This document shows, one piece after another, positions 27,209 through 36,185 of a DNA stretch of 64,000 nt. The notes under the pieces were generated by a model. That model saw only the letters and a list, made by a program, of their open reading frames with translations. It was not told where the DNA came from and searched no databases. Both the position numbers and the translations under genes were made by a program. Origin of the DNA: an uncultured Gammaproteobacteria bacterium (lineage in GTDB: Bacteria; Patescibacteriota; Microgenomatia; UBA1406; HO2-37-13b); contig CAYQYZ010000001.1 in the NCBI GenBank assembly GCA_964422025.1, positions 77,410 through 141,409 of the forward strand, given 5' to 3'. How positions within the stretch are numbered: position 1 is the first letter of the stretch; the number at the start of each line of letters is the position of its first letter.

Positions 27209-27874
27209 ATGATCAGAAAAGAAACTCCAGACGATTTTAAGAAACGAGTTGAACGAGCCGCCATAGTAAATAAGCAGCTAACCATTCTTTTTCCTGAACC
27301 AAAAGTAGAACTAAATTATTCAAATGTGTGGGAGCTTTTGGTAGCAGTTATTTTGTCTGCCCAGTGCACCGACAAACGAGTCAATATTGTTACAGAAAAA
27401 TTATTCAAAAAGTATCCAGCAATAACTGACTATTGTAACGTGTCATCTGAAGAGTTTGAAAAAGATATCGCTTCTATTAATTTCTTTCGTAACAAAACTA
27501 AAAATATTCTTGCAGCTGCAAAATTAATTCATAATAGTTTTGGAGAAGTAGTACCCAAAACCATGGCAGAACTCATTTCTGTTCCAGGAGTAGCTCGTAA
27601 AACTGCAAATGTAATATTGAACGACGGCTACGATATACAGGAAGGCATAATTGTAGACACTCACGTAATACGATTGTCTAATAAATTTAAACTTACCGAT
27701 GAAAAGGACCCAGTAAAAATAGAACGTGACTTAATGGAAATTGTTCCAAAAACCGAATGGAAATATTTTTCGCATCGCTTAGTTCATTATGGGCGACGAG
27801 TGTCAAAAGCACATCAAGTTGGTTCTACCGATGATCCTGTCAGTCAAGCGCTATTATGGGCGTTCCCCTCGTAG
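27209..27874 (+). CDS. nth: Endonuclease III-like HhH-GPD glycosylase lacking the 4Fe-4S cysteine motif
   Basis: SAQCTDKRVN, the HhH motif VPGVARKTANVIL and VDTHVIRL are present. The C-terminal 40 aa contain no Cys. Confidence 0.75.
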   Translation: MIRKETPDDFKKRVERAAIVNKQLTILFPEPKVELNYSNVWELLVAVILSAQCTDKRVNIVTEKLFKKYPAITDYCNVSSEEFEKDIASINFFRNKTKNILAAAKLIHNSFGEVVPKTMAELISVPGVARKTANVILNDGYDIQEGIIVDTHVIRLSNKFKLTDEKDPVKIERDLMEIVPKTEWKYFSHRLVHYGRRVSKAHQVGSTDDPVSQALLWAFPS

Positions 27875-27906
27875 ACAACTGGCTGGCGGTAAAGTACAAT
27901 AGCTTC

Positions 27907-28200
27907 ATGAAAATTGATGTAAAAAAGATTGCAAAACTTGCCCATTTAACGATTTCTGATGAGCAAATTCCCACATTAGAAAAAGAGCTTTCTGCAATTA
28001 TTTCATACGTAGATACACTTCAAAAGCTCGACACATCTTCGGTCACCCCTACTAATCAAGTAACCGGCTTAACTCATGTTGTGCGACATGACAGAGTAGA
28101 GTACGATACGATTTTGACTCCAGAAGCAGCCCTTTCAAATGCGCCACTTGCAAAAGACGATTATTTTGTTGTTAAAGCAGTCTTTGAAAACAATGATTAA
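27907..28200 (+). CDS. gatC: Glu/Asp-tRNA amidotransferase subunit C
   Basis: MKIDVKKIAKLAHLTISDEQ...YVDTLQKLDT. Start at ATG 27907. ATGA overlap with gatA. Confidence 0.85.
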   Translation: MKIDVKKIAKLAHLTISDEQIPTLEKELSAIISYVDTLQKLDTSSVTPTNQVTGLTHVVRHDRVEYDTILTPEAALSNAPLAKDDYFVVKAVFENND

Positions 28201-29620
28201 TATTGCCGACCTTACTATTGAAAAAGCCCAAGGCCTGCTTAAAAGCAAGGAGCTCTCTGTGTCGGATTTAGTGGGAGCTTGTATGGAAAATATTGTAAAG
28301 CATAATCCTACGCTTAATGCTGTAATAACGATGAATGGAAATGCTCTTGCCGATGCAAAAGAAGCAGACGCTCTTATTGCTCAAGACCCAAACATCTTCC
28401 AAGAAAAGCCACTTTTAGGAATTCCTTTACTTCACAAGGATATTTATTCAACGAAAGATTTGCGAACAACTGCGGCCTCAAAAGTTTTGGAAGAATATAT
28501 TCCTCCGTATGACGCGACTGCCGTAAAGAAATTACAAGAAGCTGGTGCTATAACTTTGGGAAAGACAAACTTAGACGCCTGGGCACATGGTTCATCTGGT
28601 GAAAATTCAGATTTTGGGGTAACTAAGAATCCGTATGATTTAGAAAGAACTCCAGGGGGATCAAGTAGTGGATCAGCCGCTGCAATTCCAGCAGGAATGA
28701 GTTTGGTTACAACAGGAACCGATACTGGCGGATCAATTAGGCTTCCGGCAGCATTCTGTAATATTGTTGGGCTCAAACCGACGTATGGCAGAGTGTCGCG
28801 TTACGGAATTATTGCCATGGGGTCATCATTCGATTCTATTGGACATTTTACGAAAACGGTTACAGATAGCGCAAAAATTCTTTCCGTTACCGCTGGTTTA
28901 GATCGTCTTGACGGGACAACGGTGCCACATACTCCCCTCCAGTATGCTAAGGATTTGACTTCTTCAAGATCACTAAAAGGAGTCAAAATCGGTATAGTTA
29001 AGGAATTTGATTATGCAGGAACTGATAAAGATGTTTCTGAAGTAACTAAAAAAGCAATTCAAACAGTTCAGTCGCTTGGAGCCGAGATTGTAGAGGTATC
29101 TCTGCCTCATTCAGAGTACGCAATTGCTACCTATTACATTCTCATCCCAGCAGAAGTAAGTTCAAATTTGGGTCGCATGACGGGGACTCGATATGGAAAA
29201 GGATTTGAAGCATTTGGCGATGAAGCTAAACGACGAATTATGATTGGAGCCTATACGCTCTCCGCGGGCTATTACGATGCGTATTATAATAAAGCCCTTA
29301 AAGTGCGAACACTTATTAAAAACGATTTTGATAAAGCTTTTGAAAAAGTCGATGCGCTTTTATGTCCAGTTTCTCCGACAGTTCCATTTAAACTAGGAGA
29401 AAAAATGCAGGATCCACTCGCTATGTATTTGTCTGATATTTTTGTTGCCCCAATGAATTTAGCCGGTGTTCCTGCTCTTTCAGTTCCTGCAGGACAAGTT
29501 AATGGTTTACCTGTCGGAGTTCAATTTGTAACCAAGCATTTTGATGAAGAGAATCTTTATAAAATTGCATATGCCTATGAGCAAGCGAGAGGAGATATTG
29601 AACTCAAAACAGTATTATGA
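28193..29620 (+). CDS. gatA: Glu/Asp-tRNA amidotransferase subunit A
   Basis: Amidase signature GGSSSGSAAA...TGTDTGGSIRLPA. Start at ATG 28193. Confidence 0.92.
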   Translation: MINIADLTIEKAQGLLKSKELSVSDLVGACMENIVKHNPTLNAVITMNGNALADAKEADALIAQDPNIFQEKPLLGIPLLHKDIYSTKDLRTTAASKVLEEYIPPYDATAVKKLQEAGAITLGKTNLDAWAHGSSGENSDFGVTKNPYDLERTPGGSSSGSAAAIPAGMSLVTTGTDTGGSIRLPAAFCNIVGLKPTYGRVSRYGIIAMGSSFDSIGHFTKTVTDSAKILSVTAGLDRLDGTTVPHTPLQYAKDLTSSRSLKGVKIGIVKEFDYAGTDKDVSEVTKKAIQTVQSLGAEIVEVSLPHSEYAIATYYILIPAEVSSNLGRMTGTRYGKGFEAFGDEAKRRIMIGAYTLSAGYYDAYYNKALKVRTLIKNDFDKAFEKVDALLCPVSPTVPFKLGEKMQDPLAMYLSDIFVAPMNLAGVPALSVPAGQVNGLPVGVQFVTKHFDEENLYKIAYAYEQARGDIELKTVL

Positions 29621-30945
29621 ACGACTACAAACCAACAATCGGCCTTGAAATTCATGTAGAACTTGCTACTAAAAGCAAAATGTTCTGCAGTTGTCCGGCG
29701 GATTGGTTTGGAAAAAAGCCAAATACTCACACATGCCCAGTGTGTTTAGGGTTGCCGGGGGCACTACCGGTAGCTAATGAGCAAGCCATTGAATGGACTA
29801 TAAAAATTGCCCAAGCACTAAATTGTGCAATTCCCTCAATTTCTAAATTCGATCGAAAACATTATATTTATCCCGATCTTCCAAAGAGTTTCCAACTGAG
29901 CCAATATGATGAACCAATTGGACAAAAGGGGAGTTTGAGCGTGCATTTTGACTCAATCGACAACGTAAAAAGTTTTGGAATTACCCGAGTTCATCTTGAG
30001 GAAGATGCCGGAAAGCTTATTCACAAAGGAAATGAGTCGCTTGTTGATTACAATCGATCAGGAGTACCGCTGGTTGAGATTGTCACAGAACCAGATTTTC
30101 ATGATTCTTCAGAAGTAAAGAAATTTCTTGAAGAACTACATACTCTTATTAGATCGTTGGGAGTATCGGACGCAAATATGGAAGAAGGATCCATGCGTTT
30201 GGAGCCGAATATTTCCGTTGGACTTGTAACCTCAACAGAGCTTCCTCCTTACAAAGTAGAAGTAAAAAACATCAATTCATTCAAATTTGCTAAGAATGCT
30301 ATTGATTACGAAGTAAAACGACATATTGAGATTTTAGAAAAGGGGGAAATTCCCGTGCAAGAAACCCGGGGGTATGTTGAAAAAAATGCATCAACGATCT
30401 CTCAACGTATTAAAGAAGAAGCACAAGATTATCGTTATTTCCCAGAACCCGACATTCCACCACTTACTTTTTCACCTGAATACATTCAGACTATTAAGAA
30501 TACCATTCCCGAACTTCCCTCTGCACGACTGACTAGATATGTGAGCGACGATAAGATCTCTTTTAACGATGCGTATATTATTACACGAAGTAAAGAGATG
30601 ACTGAATATTTTGAAAAACTCAATGTCATTCTGAGCGAAGCGAAGAATCTAGGTGTTACACCAGCAAAAATCGCAAGCATGTTAGTTAATAAGCGTTTGT
30701 CTGTTGCCGACACTATAGAGAGTTCACTGGAGAAAATAAGGACAGCATCTGCGCCAGTGCAAACCGATCAAACCGCACTCCAAGCAGCCGTAGATAAGGT
30801 TATCTCCGAGCAAGCTAAAGCGGTTGAGGAGTATAAATCAGGTAAAGAGACAGTCCTTATGTTCCTAGTTGGAATGGTCATGAAGGAAATGAAAGGCCAG
30901 GCGGATGCAAATACAGTAAAGGAAAACCTTCTTAAATCTCTCTAG
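29617..30945 (+). CDS. gatB: Glu/Asp-tRNA amidotransferase subunit B (short, 442 aa)
   Basis: IGLEIHVEL, CPVCLGLPGALP and the C-terminal YKSGKETVLMFLVGMVMKEMKGQA tail domain. Contains an in-frame copy of the dispersed repeat at 30625-30657. Confidence 0.9.
   Translation: MNDYKPTIGLEIHVELATKSKMFCSCPADWFGKKPNTHTCPVCLGLPGALPVANEQAIEWTIKIAQALNCAIPSISKFDRKHYIYPDLPKSFQLSQYDEPIGQKGSLSVHFDSIDNVKSFGITRVHLEEDAGKLIHKGNESLVDYNRSGVPLVEIVTEPDFHDSSEVKKFLEELHTLIRSLGVSDANMEEGSMRLEPNISVGLVTSTELPPYKVEVKNINSFKFAKNAIDYEVKRHIEILEKGEIPVQETRGYVEKNASTISQRIKEEAQDYRYFPEPDIPPLTFSPEYIQTIKNTIPELPSARLTRYVSDDKISFNDAYIITRSKEMTEYFEKLNVILSEAKNLGVTPAKIASMLVNKRLSVADTIESSLEKIRTASAPVQTDQTALQAAVDKVISEQAKAVEEYKSGKETVLMFLVGMVMKEMKGQADANTVKENLLKSL
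30625..30657 (+). repeat. Copy of the GTCATYCTGAG...GAAGRATCT element inside the gatB reading frame
   Basis: GTCATTCTGAGCGAAGCGAAGAATCTAGGTGTT, translated as VILSEAKNLGV. Matches the intergenic copies at 47180 and 39959. Confidence 0.75.
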
Positions 30946-30998
30946 GTCCACCGAAATCTACCATGGACTGTTACTAGCATCTTTTGTATACTTTGCTC

Positions 30999-33900
30999 AT
31001 GTCATTCACTCACTTACACGTTCATTCAGAATACTCACTCCTTGATGGGCTCACAAAAATCGATAAATTAGTTGAAGCGGCCAAAGAACAAGGAAGCAGT
31101 GCCATTGCTCTTACCGATCATGGAGCAATGTATGGAGCGTTCCGATTCTATAAATCTGCAAAAGCGGCGGGAATTAAGCCAATTATTGGTGTCGAAGCCT
31201 ATAAGGCAAAAAAAAGTAGATTTGATCAGGCTGGAACAGAGCGCGATCAGCATCACCTCTTACTCCTCGCCAAGGATAATACCGGCTACAAGAATTTGAT
31301 GAAACTGGTTACTAAAGCTCATCTTGAGGGGTATTATTATAAACCTCGAATGGATTTTGAGATTCTTAAAGAGCATTCAGAAGGGATTATTGCGACATCT
31401 GGCTGTTTAAATGCCGATATTCCTTCCCTAATACGAAATGATCAGATTGAGGAAGCGGAGGACGTTTTGAAACAATATTTAGATGTATATAAAGAGAATT
31501 TCTATATTGAATTACAACGGTATCGAAATATTGATGATTTAGACCGGGTAAATAAAAAACTGCTCGAATTTTCTCGGAAGTACGGTGTTCCGTTAATAGC
31601 TACAAATGATGTTCATTACTTAAAACCTGAAGATGCCTATGCCCAGGAGGTCCTTCTATGTATCCAAACCCAGCATAATATGCACGAGAAAAATAGACCA
31701 TTGTCTATGCTCGATACTCCAGAATTTTACCTGCGCACGCCAGATAAGATGAAAACAATCTTCTCCGATCTTCCCGAAGCGATTGAAAATACGAATAAAA
31801 TTGCCGATCTATGTAATGTAGAAATCCCTTCGGGTACCTGGATTGTGCCTAATTATCCACTTCCTGAAGGTAAAACTTCATCAGATCATTTAATGGACCT
31901 TATTTTGGAAAGAGCGCCTGCTCGAAATCTTGATGCAAATGATGAAGTAATTAAGAAACGTATTAACTATGAGTTTGACGTTATTTCAACAAAAGGATAC
32001 GCAACATACTTTCTTATTGTTGCCGATTTTGTAAACTGGGCAAAAGACCAAGATATCGCTGTGGGTCCTGGCCGAGGATCTGTTGCTGGCTCAATCATCA
32101 GTTATATTCTGCGAATAACCGACATCAACCCGCTTGACTACAATCTTCCATTTGAGCGATTTTTAACTATGGATCGACCAACCCCGCCTGATATTGATAT
32201 TGATTTTGCCGATACCCGGCGCGACGAGGTTTTGGCCTACGTCACTAATAAATATGGTAAAGAAAAGGTTGCCCAAATCATTACATTCGGTCGTATGGAA
32301 GCACGCATGGCTGTGCGTGATACCGCACGCGCACTCGGGTACACATACTCACAGGGTGACCGGTTAGCAAAAATGATTCCCCTTGGAAAACAAGGATTTG
32401 CCATGACCATCGATCGCGCACTCGATGAAAATCCAGTATTGAAAATTGCCTATTCATCTGAAGAGGAAACAAAAAAAGTTCTCGATATTGCGCGGAAAGT
32501 AGAAAGTATGGCTCGACACTCATCCGTACACGCCGCCGGAGTTGTTATTGCGGATAAGGATCTAACAGAGTATGTGCCGCTCCAACGCGAGTCTAAAGGG
32601 GACCGAATCATTACCCAATACGACATGTATTGTTTAGATTTAAATGCTGTGTCAGACGGGCAGGCGGTAGGACTTATGAAAATGGACTTTTTAGGCCTAC
32701 GTAACCTTACTATTTTGGAAAATGCGATTAAATTTGTGCAGGAAACGACAGGAAACAAAATTGATATTCACACAATATCTCTAGAAGATAAAAAAACCTA
32801 TGAGCTTATGGCCAAAGGTCAAACCATTGGTGTTTTTCAACTTGAATCGAGTGGTATGCGAAAATTGGCTAAGGAACTTGCCCCAAACAAAATGACCGAT
32901 ATTTCTGCTATGGTGGCTCTATATCGCCCTGGTCCTATGGATCTTATTCCAAGTTTTCTTGCTGGTAAAAAAAATCCCAGTAAAATTAAATATCTGGATC
33001 CTGCATTGAAGCCTATATTAGAAGAAACATATGGGATTTTGGTATATCAAGAACAAGTTATGGAAATTGCGCATCGACTTGCTAGTTTTACACTCTCAGA
33101 AGCTGATACATTCCGTATGGCAATCGGAAAGAAAAAGAAAGCGCTCATGCAAATTAGTGAGGCAAAATTTCGAGAAGGAGCCAAAAAAAATGGCTATACC
33201 AAAGATGTTATCGATAAGATTTATGGATTTATAGAAAAGTTTGCGTCCTACGGTTTTAATAAAGCTCATTCTGCCTCATACGCACTTATTGCTTACTGGA
33301 CGGGGTACATGAAGGCTAATTATCCAGTGGAATATATGACGGCTCTGCTTTCAGCGGAGTTGCATGGGTCTGCGGGGTCCATACGTGAACTTAAAATGTT
33401 TCAAGCTATCGAAGAGTGCAAAGTACTTGATATAAAAGTATTACCTCCCGATATTAATAAGTCCCTTAATGACTTTTCGATTGAGGATGGCGTAATTAGA
33501 TTTGGACTTTCTGCTATTAAAAACGTAGGTTCTTCCGCTATTGAATCTATTATCTCATCCCGAGCACAGGGGCCTTTCACGAGTCTTAAAGATCTTTTGA
33601 CCCGCATCGATACTCGCCGCGTAAACAAAAAAACCGTAGAAAGCCTTATTAAAGCCGGAGCATTGGACGCATTTGGAGATAGGTTGGCCGTTTTAACATA
33701 TTACCCGGTTGTTCTTGAAGAGGTTGGCCGTTCCAAAAAAGACCTTCAATTAGGCCAATTTACACTTTTTGCCTCTTCAAATGATAGTAGTTTACTTGAC
33801 GACCTTGATGTGTCGATTATTGCAGTAACTCGAGATTTGCTCAGTATGGAGCGGGAAGTCCTAGGATTTTCAATCGATAAAAACCCACTTGCTCAGTTTG

Positions 33901-34226
33901 AAGAAATTATTACCCGCAAAGTTACCAAAAAAATCGGTGAGATTACGCTTGAAGATGTTGGACAAACATTTGTAATGGCAGGAAATGTAGGAAGAGTAAA
34001 AAACGTTATTACCAAAAAAAATAGCAGTAAAATGGCATTTGCCTCAGTATTCGATGAAACAGGCGCAATTGAAACCATCGTATTTCCGAAAACGTTCGAT
34101 ATAACCAAAGATATTTGGTCAGCTAACACCGCAATTCTATTTAAAGGCAAAGTCGATTCAAAAGACGATGAACTTACCGTTATTATCGAAAATGCGGTTG
34201 ATTTAGATAAATATACAAAACAATGA
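30999..34226 (+). CDS. dnaE: DNA polymerase III alpha subunit
   Basis: PHP start MSFTHLHVHSEYSLLDG, the GPGRGS(V)AGS motif, and an OB-fold tail. Start at ATG 30999. Confidence 0.93.
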   Translation: MSFTHLHVHSEYSLLDGLTKIDKLVEAAKEQGSSAIALTDHGAMYGAFRFYKSAKAAGIKPIIGVEAYKAKKSRFDQAGTERDQHHLLLLAKDNTGYKNLMKLVTKAHLEGYYYKPRMDFEILKEHSEGIIATSGCLNADIPSLIRNDQIEEAEDVLKQYLDVYKENFYIELQRYRNIDDLDRVNKKLLEFSRKYGVPLIATNDVHYLKPEDAYAQEVLLCIQTQHNMHEKNRPLSMLDTPEFYLRTPDKMKTIFSDLPEAIENTNKIADLCNVEIPSGTWIVPNYPLPEGKTSSDHLMDLILERAPARNLDANDEVIKKRINYEFDVISTKGYATYFLIVADFVNWAKDQDIAVGPGRGSVAGSIISYILRITDINPLDYNLPFERFLTMDRPTPPDIDIDFADTRRDEVLAYVTNKYGKEKVAQIITFGRMEARMAVRDTARALGYTYSQGDRLAKMIPLGKQGFAMTIDRALDENPVLKIAYSSEEETKKVLDIARKVESMARHSSVHAAGVVIADKDLTEYVPLQRESKGDRIITQYDMYCLDLNAVSDGQAVGLMKMDFLGLRNLTILENAIKFVQETTGNKIDIHTISLEDKKTYELMAKGQTIGVFQLESSGMRKLAKELAPNKMTDISAMVALYRPGPMDLIPSFLAGKKNPSKIKYLDPALKPILEETYGILVYQEQVMEIAHRLASFTLSEADTFRMAIGKKKKALMQISEAKFREGAKKNGYTKDVIDKIYGFIEKFASYGFNKAHSASYALIAYWTGYMKANYPVEYMTALLSAELHGSAGSIRELKMFQAIEECKVLDIKVLPPDINKSLNDFSIEDGVIRFGLSAIKNVGSSAIESIISSRAQGPFTSLKDLLTRIDTRRVNKKTVESLIKAGALDAFGDRLAVLTYYPVVLEEVGRSKKDLQLGQFTLFASSNDSSLLDDLDVSIIAVTRDLLSMEREVLGFSIDKNPLAQFEEIITRKVTKKIGEITLEDVGQTFVMAGNVGRVKNVITKKNSSKMAFASVFDETGAIETIVFPKTFDITKDIWSANTAILFKGKVDSKDDELTVIIENAVDLDKYTKQ

Positions 34227-34414
34227 ATAACCTAACGCTTGCCAAATCGCTTAATATCGGGTATTATATGCTAACTCCGCTTTTAGGTGGAGTTTTTTTG
34301 GGACTGCTTTTGGACAAGTACTTTAAAACGAAAGGAATATTTGTCATACTCTTTATAGTTCTTGGAACAATAAGCAGTTTTTATAATTTGTATAAACTCG
34401 TTAAAGAAAGCTAA
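34223..34414 (+). CDS. AtpZ/AtpI-like small membrane protein of the ATP synthase operon
   Basis: 63 aa with two TM helices. Overlaps the dnaE stop and abuts atpB. Confidence 0.5.
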   Translation: MNNLTLAKSLNIGYYMLTPLLGGVFLGLLLDKYFKTKGIFVILFIVLGTISSFYNLYKLVKES

Positions 34415-35148
34415 TGTTACACATCAGTATTAAGCCAGAAGTAATTACTCACATACTTGGTATAAGTGTAACCAATTCACTACTTGCGTCGCTGCTTCTA
34501 ACTGTATTGTTTGCATTTCTGGCGTTAATTTTCAAATTGAAGTCGCACGACAAGAATTCTACGTTTGTTTTTTTTATTCGCTTTGTCCTAACAAAGCTTT
34601 ATAATTTGTTTGAATCCATTTTGAAAGAGAAAGCGATTGTTTTTTTTCCGATCCTTGGAGCCTTTTTTCTATACATTTTGCTTTCAAACTGGATAGGATT
34701 GATTCCAGGTGTTGGGAGCGTTTTGCTTGAAGTCGTCCACGATGGGCATGCGGTACATGTTCCACTTTTACGTGCTGCCACGGCTGATTTAAACACCACA
34801 ATTGCGCTTGGTCTTATTTCCGTTGTACTTATTCAGGTATATGGTATAAAATATCTTGGGATCAAGAAGTATGTGGGCAAGTTCATTACGTTTACAAGTC
34901 CTATTGCTTTTTTTGTCGGAATACTCGAAATCATATCTGAATTTTCCAAAGTTTTGTCGTTTGCATTTAGACTTTTTGGAAATATATTTGCTGGAGAAGT
35001 ATTGATTGCGGTTATTTCATTTTTGATTCCAGTGTTAGCATCGTTCCCATTCCTGATGCTTGAAATATTTGTTGGACTTGTTCAAGCGCTGGTATTTTCG
35101 ATGTTAAGTGCAGTATTCTTTAGTATGTCAACGGCGGAACATCATTGA
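34414..35148 (+). CDS. atpB: F-type ATP synthase subunit a
   Basis: Polytopic membrane protein with the FRLFGNIFAGE motif. Confidence 0.9.
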   Translation: MLHISIKPEVITHILGISVTNSLLASLLLTVLFAFLALIFKLKSHDKNSTFVFFIRFVLTKLYNLFESILKEKAIVFFPILGAFFLYILLSNWIGLIPGVGSVLLEVVHDGHAVHVPLLRAATADLNTTIALGLISVVLIQVYGIKYLGIKKYVGKFITFTSPIAFFVGILEIISEFSKVLSFAFRLFGNIFAGEVLIAVISFLIPVLASFPFLMLEIFVGLVQALVFSMLSAVFFSMSTAEHH

Positions 35149-35173
35149 TAATTATAAATTTAAACATAAACAT

Positions 35174-35401
35174 ATGGATGCAGATAGTGCAAAATTAATT
35201 GGAACGGCGTTAGCAATTGGTCTTGGTGCTCTTGGACCAGGAATCGGTATAGGGCTTATTGGAGCCGGTGCAATGAATGCATTGGGACGAAATCCAGAAG
35301 CAGAAAGTCAAGTTCGAACTGCCATGATTTTGGCAATCGCATTTGCTGAAGCAGTGGCTATTTACGCTTTGGTTATCGCGCTTATTATTAAATTTACATA
35401 A
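35174..35401 (+). CDS. atpE: F-type ATP synthase subunit c
   Basis: Hairpin with GLGALGPGIGIGLIGAG and the carboxylate in AFAEAVAIY. Start at ATG 35174, not the ORF-track 35108. Confidence 0.9.
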   Translation: MDADSAKLIGTALAIGLGALGPGIGIGLIGAGAMNALGRNPEAESQVRTAMILAIAFAEAVAIYALVIALIIKFT

Positions 35402-35406
35402 ATTAC

Positions 35407-35901
35407 ATGGAAGCTTTAGGCATCGATCCAAAACTACTTTTAGCACAAATGGTTAATTTCGGTATTTTTTTTGTGCTTTTTAAGAAATTCATGGCTAAGC
35501 CGCTCATGAATTTTATTAAGAAGAATCATGAAATTGAGAAAGAACGCGAGCGATTGGCACAAAAAGCGCTTGCTGATGAAGAAAAGAATGCGCAAAAAGT
35601 AGATGAAGTTCTTACCAAAGCTCGATCTGAAGCAGCAGAAATTGTTGCTGATGCAAAAGCTACTGCTAAGAAGGTTGAAGAACAACTTCTTAAAAAAGCA
35701 CAAGAAGACGTGGTGGCTATGAAAGCAAAAGCTTCTACCCAACTTGAGCAAGATAAGAAAGAATTATTAGCACAAGAGCACGATGCAGTGGTGAAAGCAA
35801 GTAGTTCACTAGTAAAAGCAGTACTCGCCGATGTTCTTGACAAAAAATCTCAAGATGAAATTATGAGTGCATTTCTTAAAAAAGCAAAATCAGTTAATTA
35901 A
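35407..35901 (+). CDS. atpF: F-type ATP synthase subunit b
   Basis: N-terminal TM segment plus a long charged coiled coil; operon position. Confidence 0.85.
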   Translation: MEALGIDPKLLLAQMVNFGIFFVLFKKFMAKPLMNFIKKNHEIEKERERLAQKALADEEKNAQKVDEVLTKARSEAAEIVADAKATAKKVEEQLLKKAQEDVVAMKAKASTQLEQDKKELLAQEHDAVVKASSSLVKAVLADVLDKKSQDEIMSAFLKKAKSVN

Positions 35902-35909
35902 TAACGAAC

Positions 35910-36182
35910 ATGGAACTTACACCTGCTTTAAAGCTTAAACTAAAATCACTTATTTCGGAAAAAGTGAGAGAACTTGCGCAGCAACAGGTTGTTATAACAT
36001 CTGCTGTTGCGTTGTCGGATTCGCAAAAAAAAGATTTTGCAGCAACGTTTCCAAAGCTTAAAGGAGCACCGGTAACGTACAAGCACGACAGTTCGCTTAT
36101 TGCCGGATTCGTTATTGAATTTGGATCATCGATAATCGATGCTTCCTTGGCATCACAAATTGATGCAACACTAAAAAACTAA
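35910..36182 (+). CDS. atpH: F-type ATP synthase subunit delta, C-terminal domain only (90 aa)
   Basis: VITSAVALSDSQKKDF...DSSLIAGFVIEFGSSIIDASLASQID matches the OSCP/delta C-terminal region. Only 8 nt separate it from atpF, so no N-terminal domain can be encoded. Confidence 0.75.
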   Translation: MELTPALKLKLKSLISEKVRELAQQQVVITSAVALSDSQKKDFAATFPKLKGAPVTYKHDSSLIAGFVIEFGSSIIDASLASQIDATLKN

Positions 36183-36185
36183 TAT

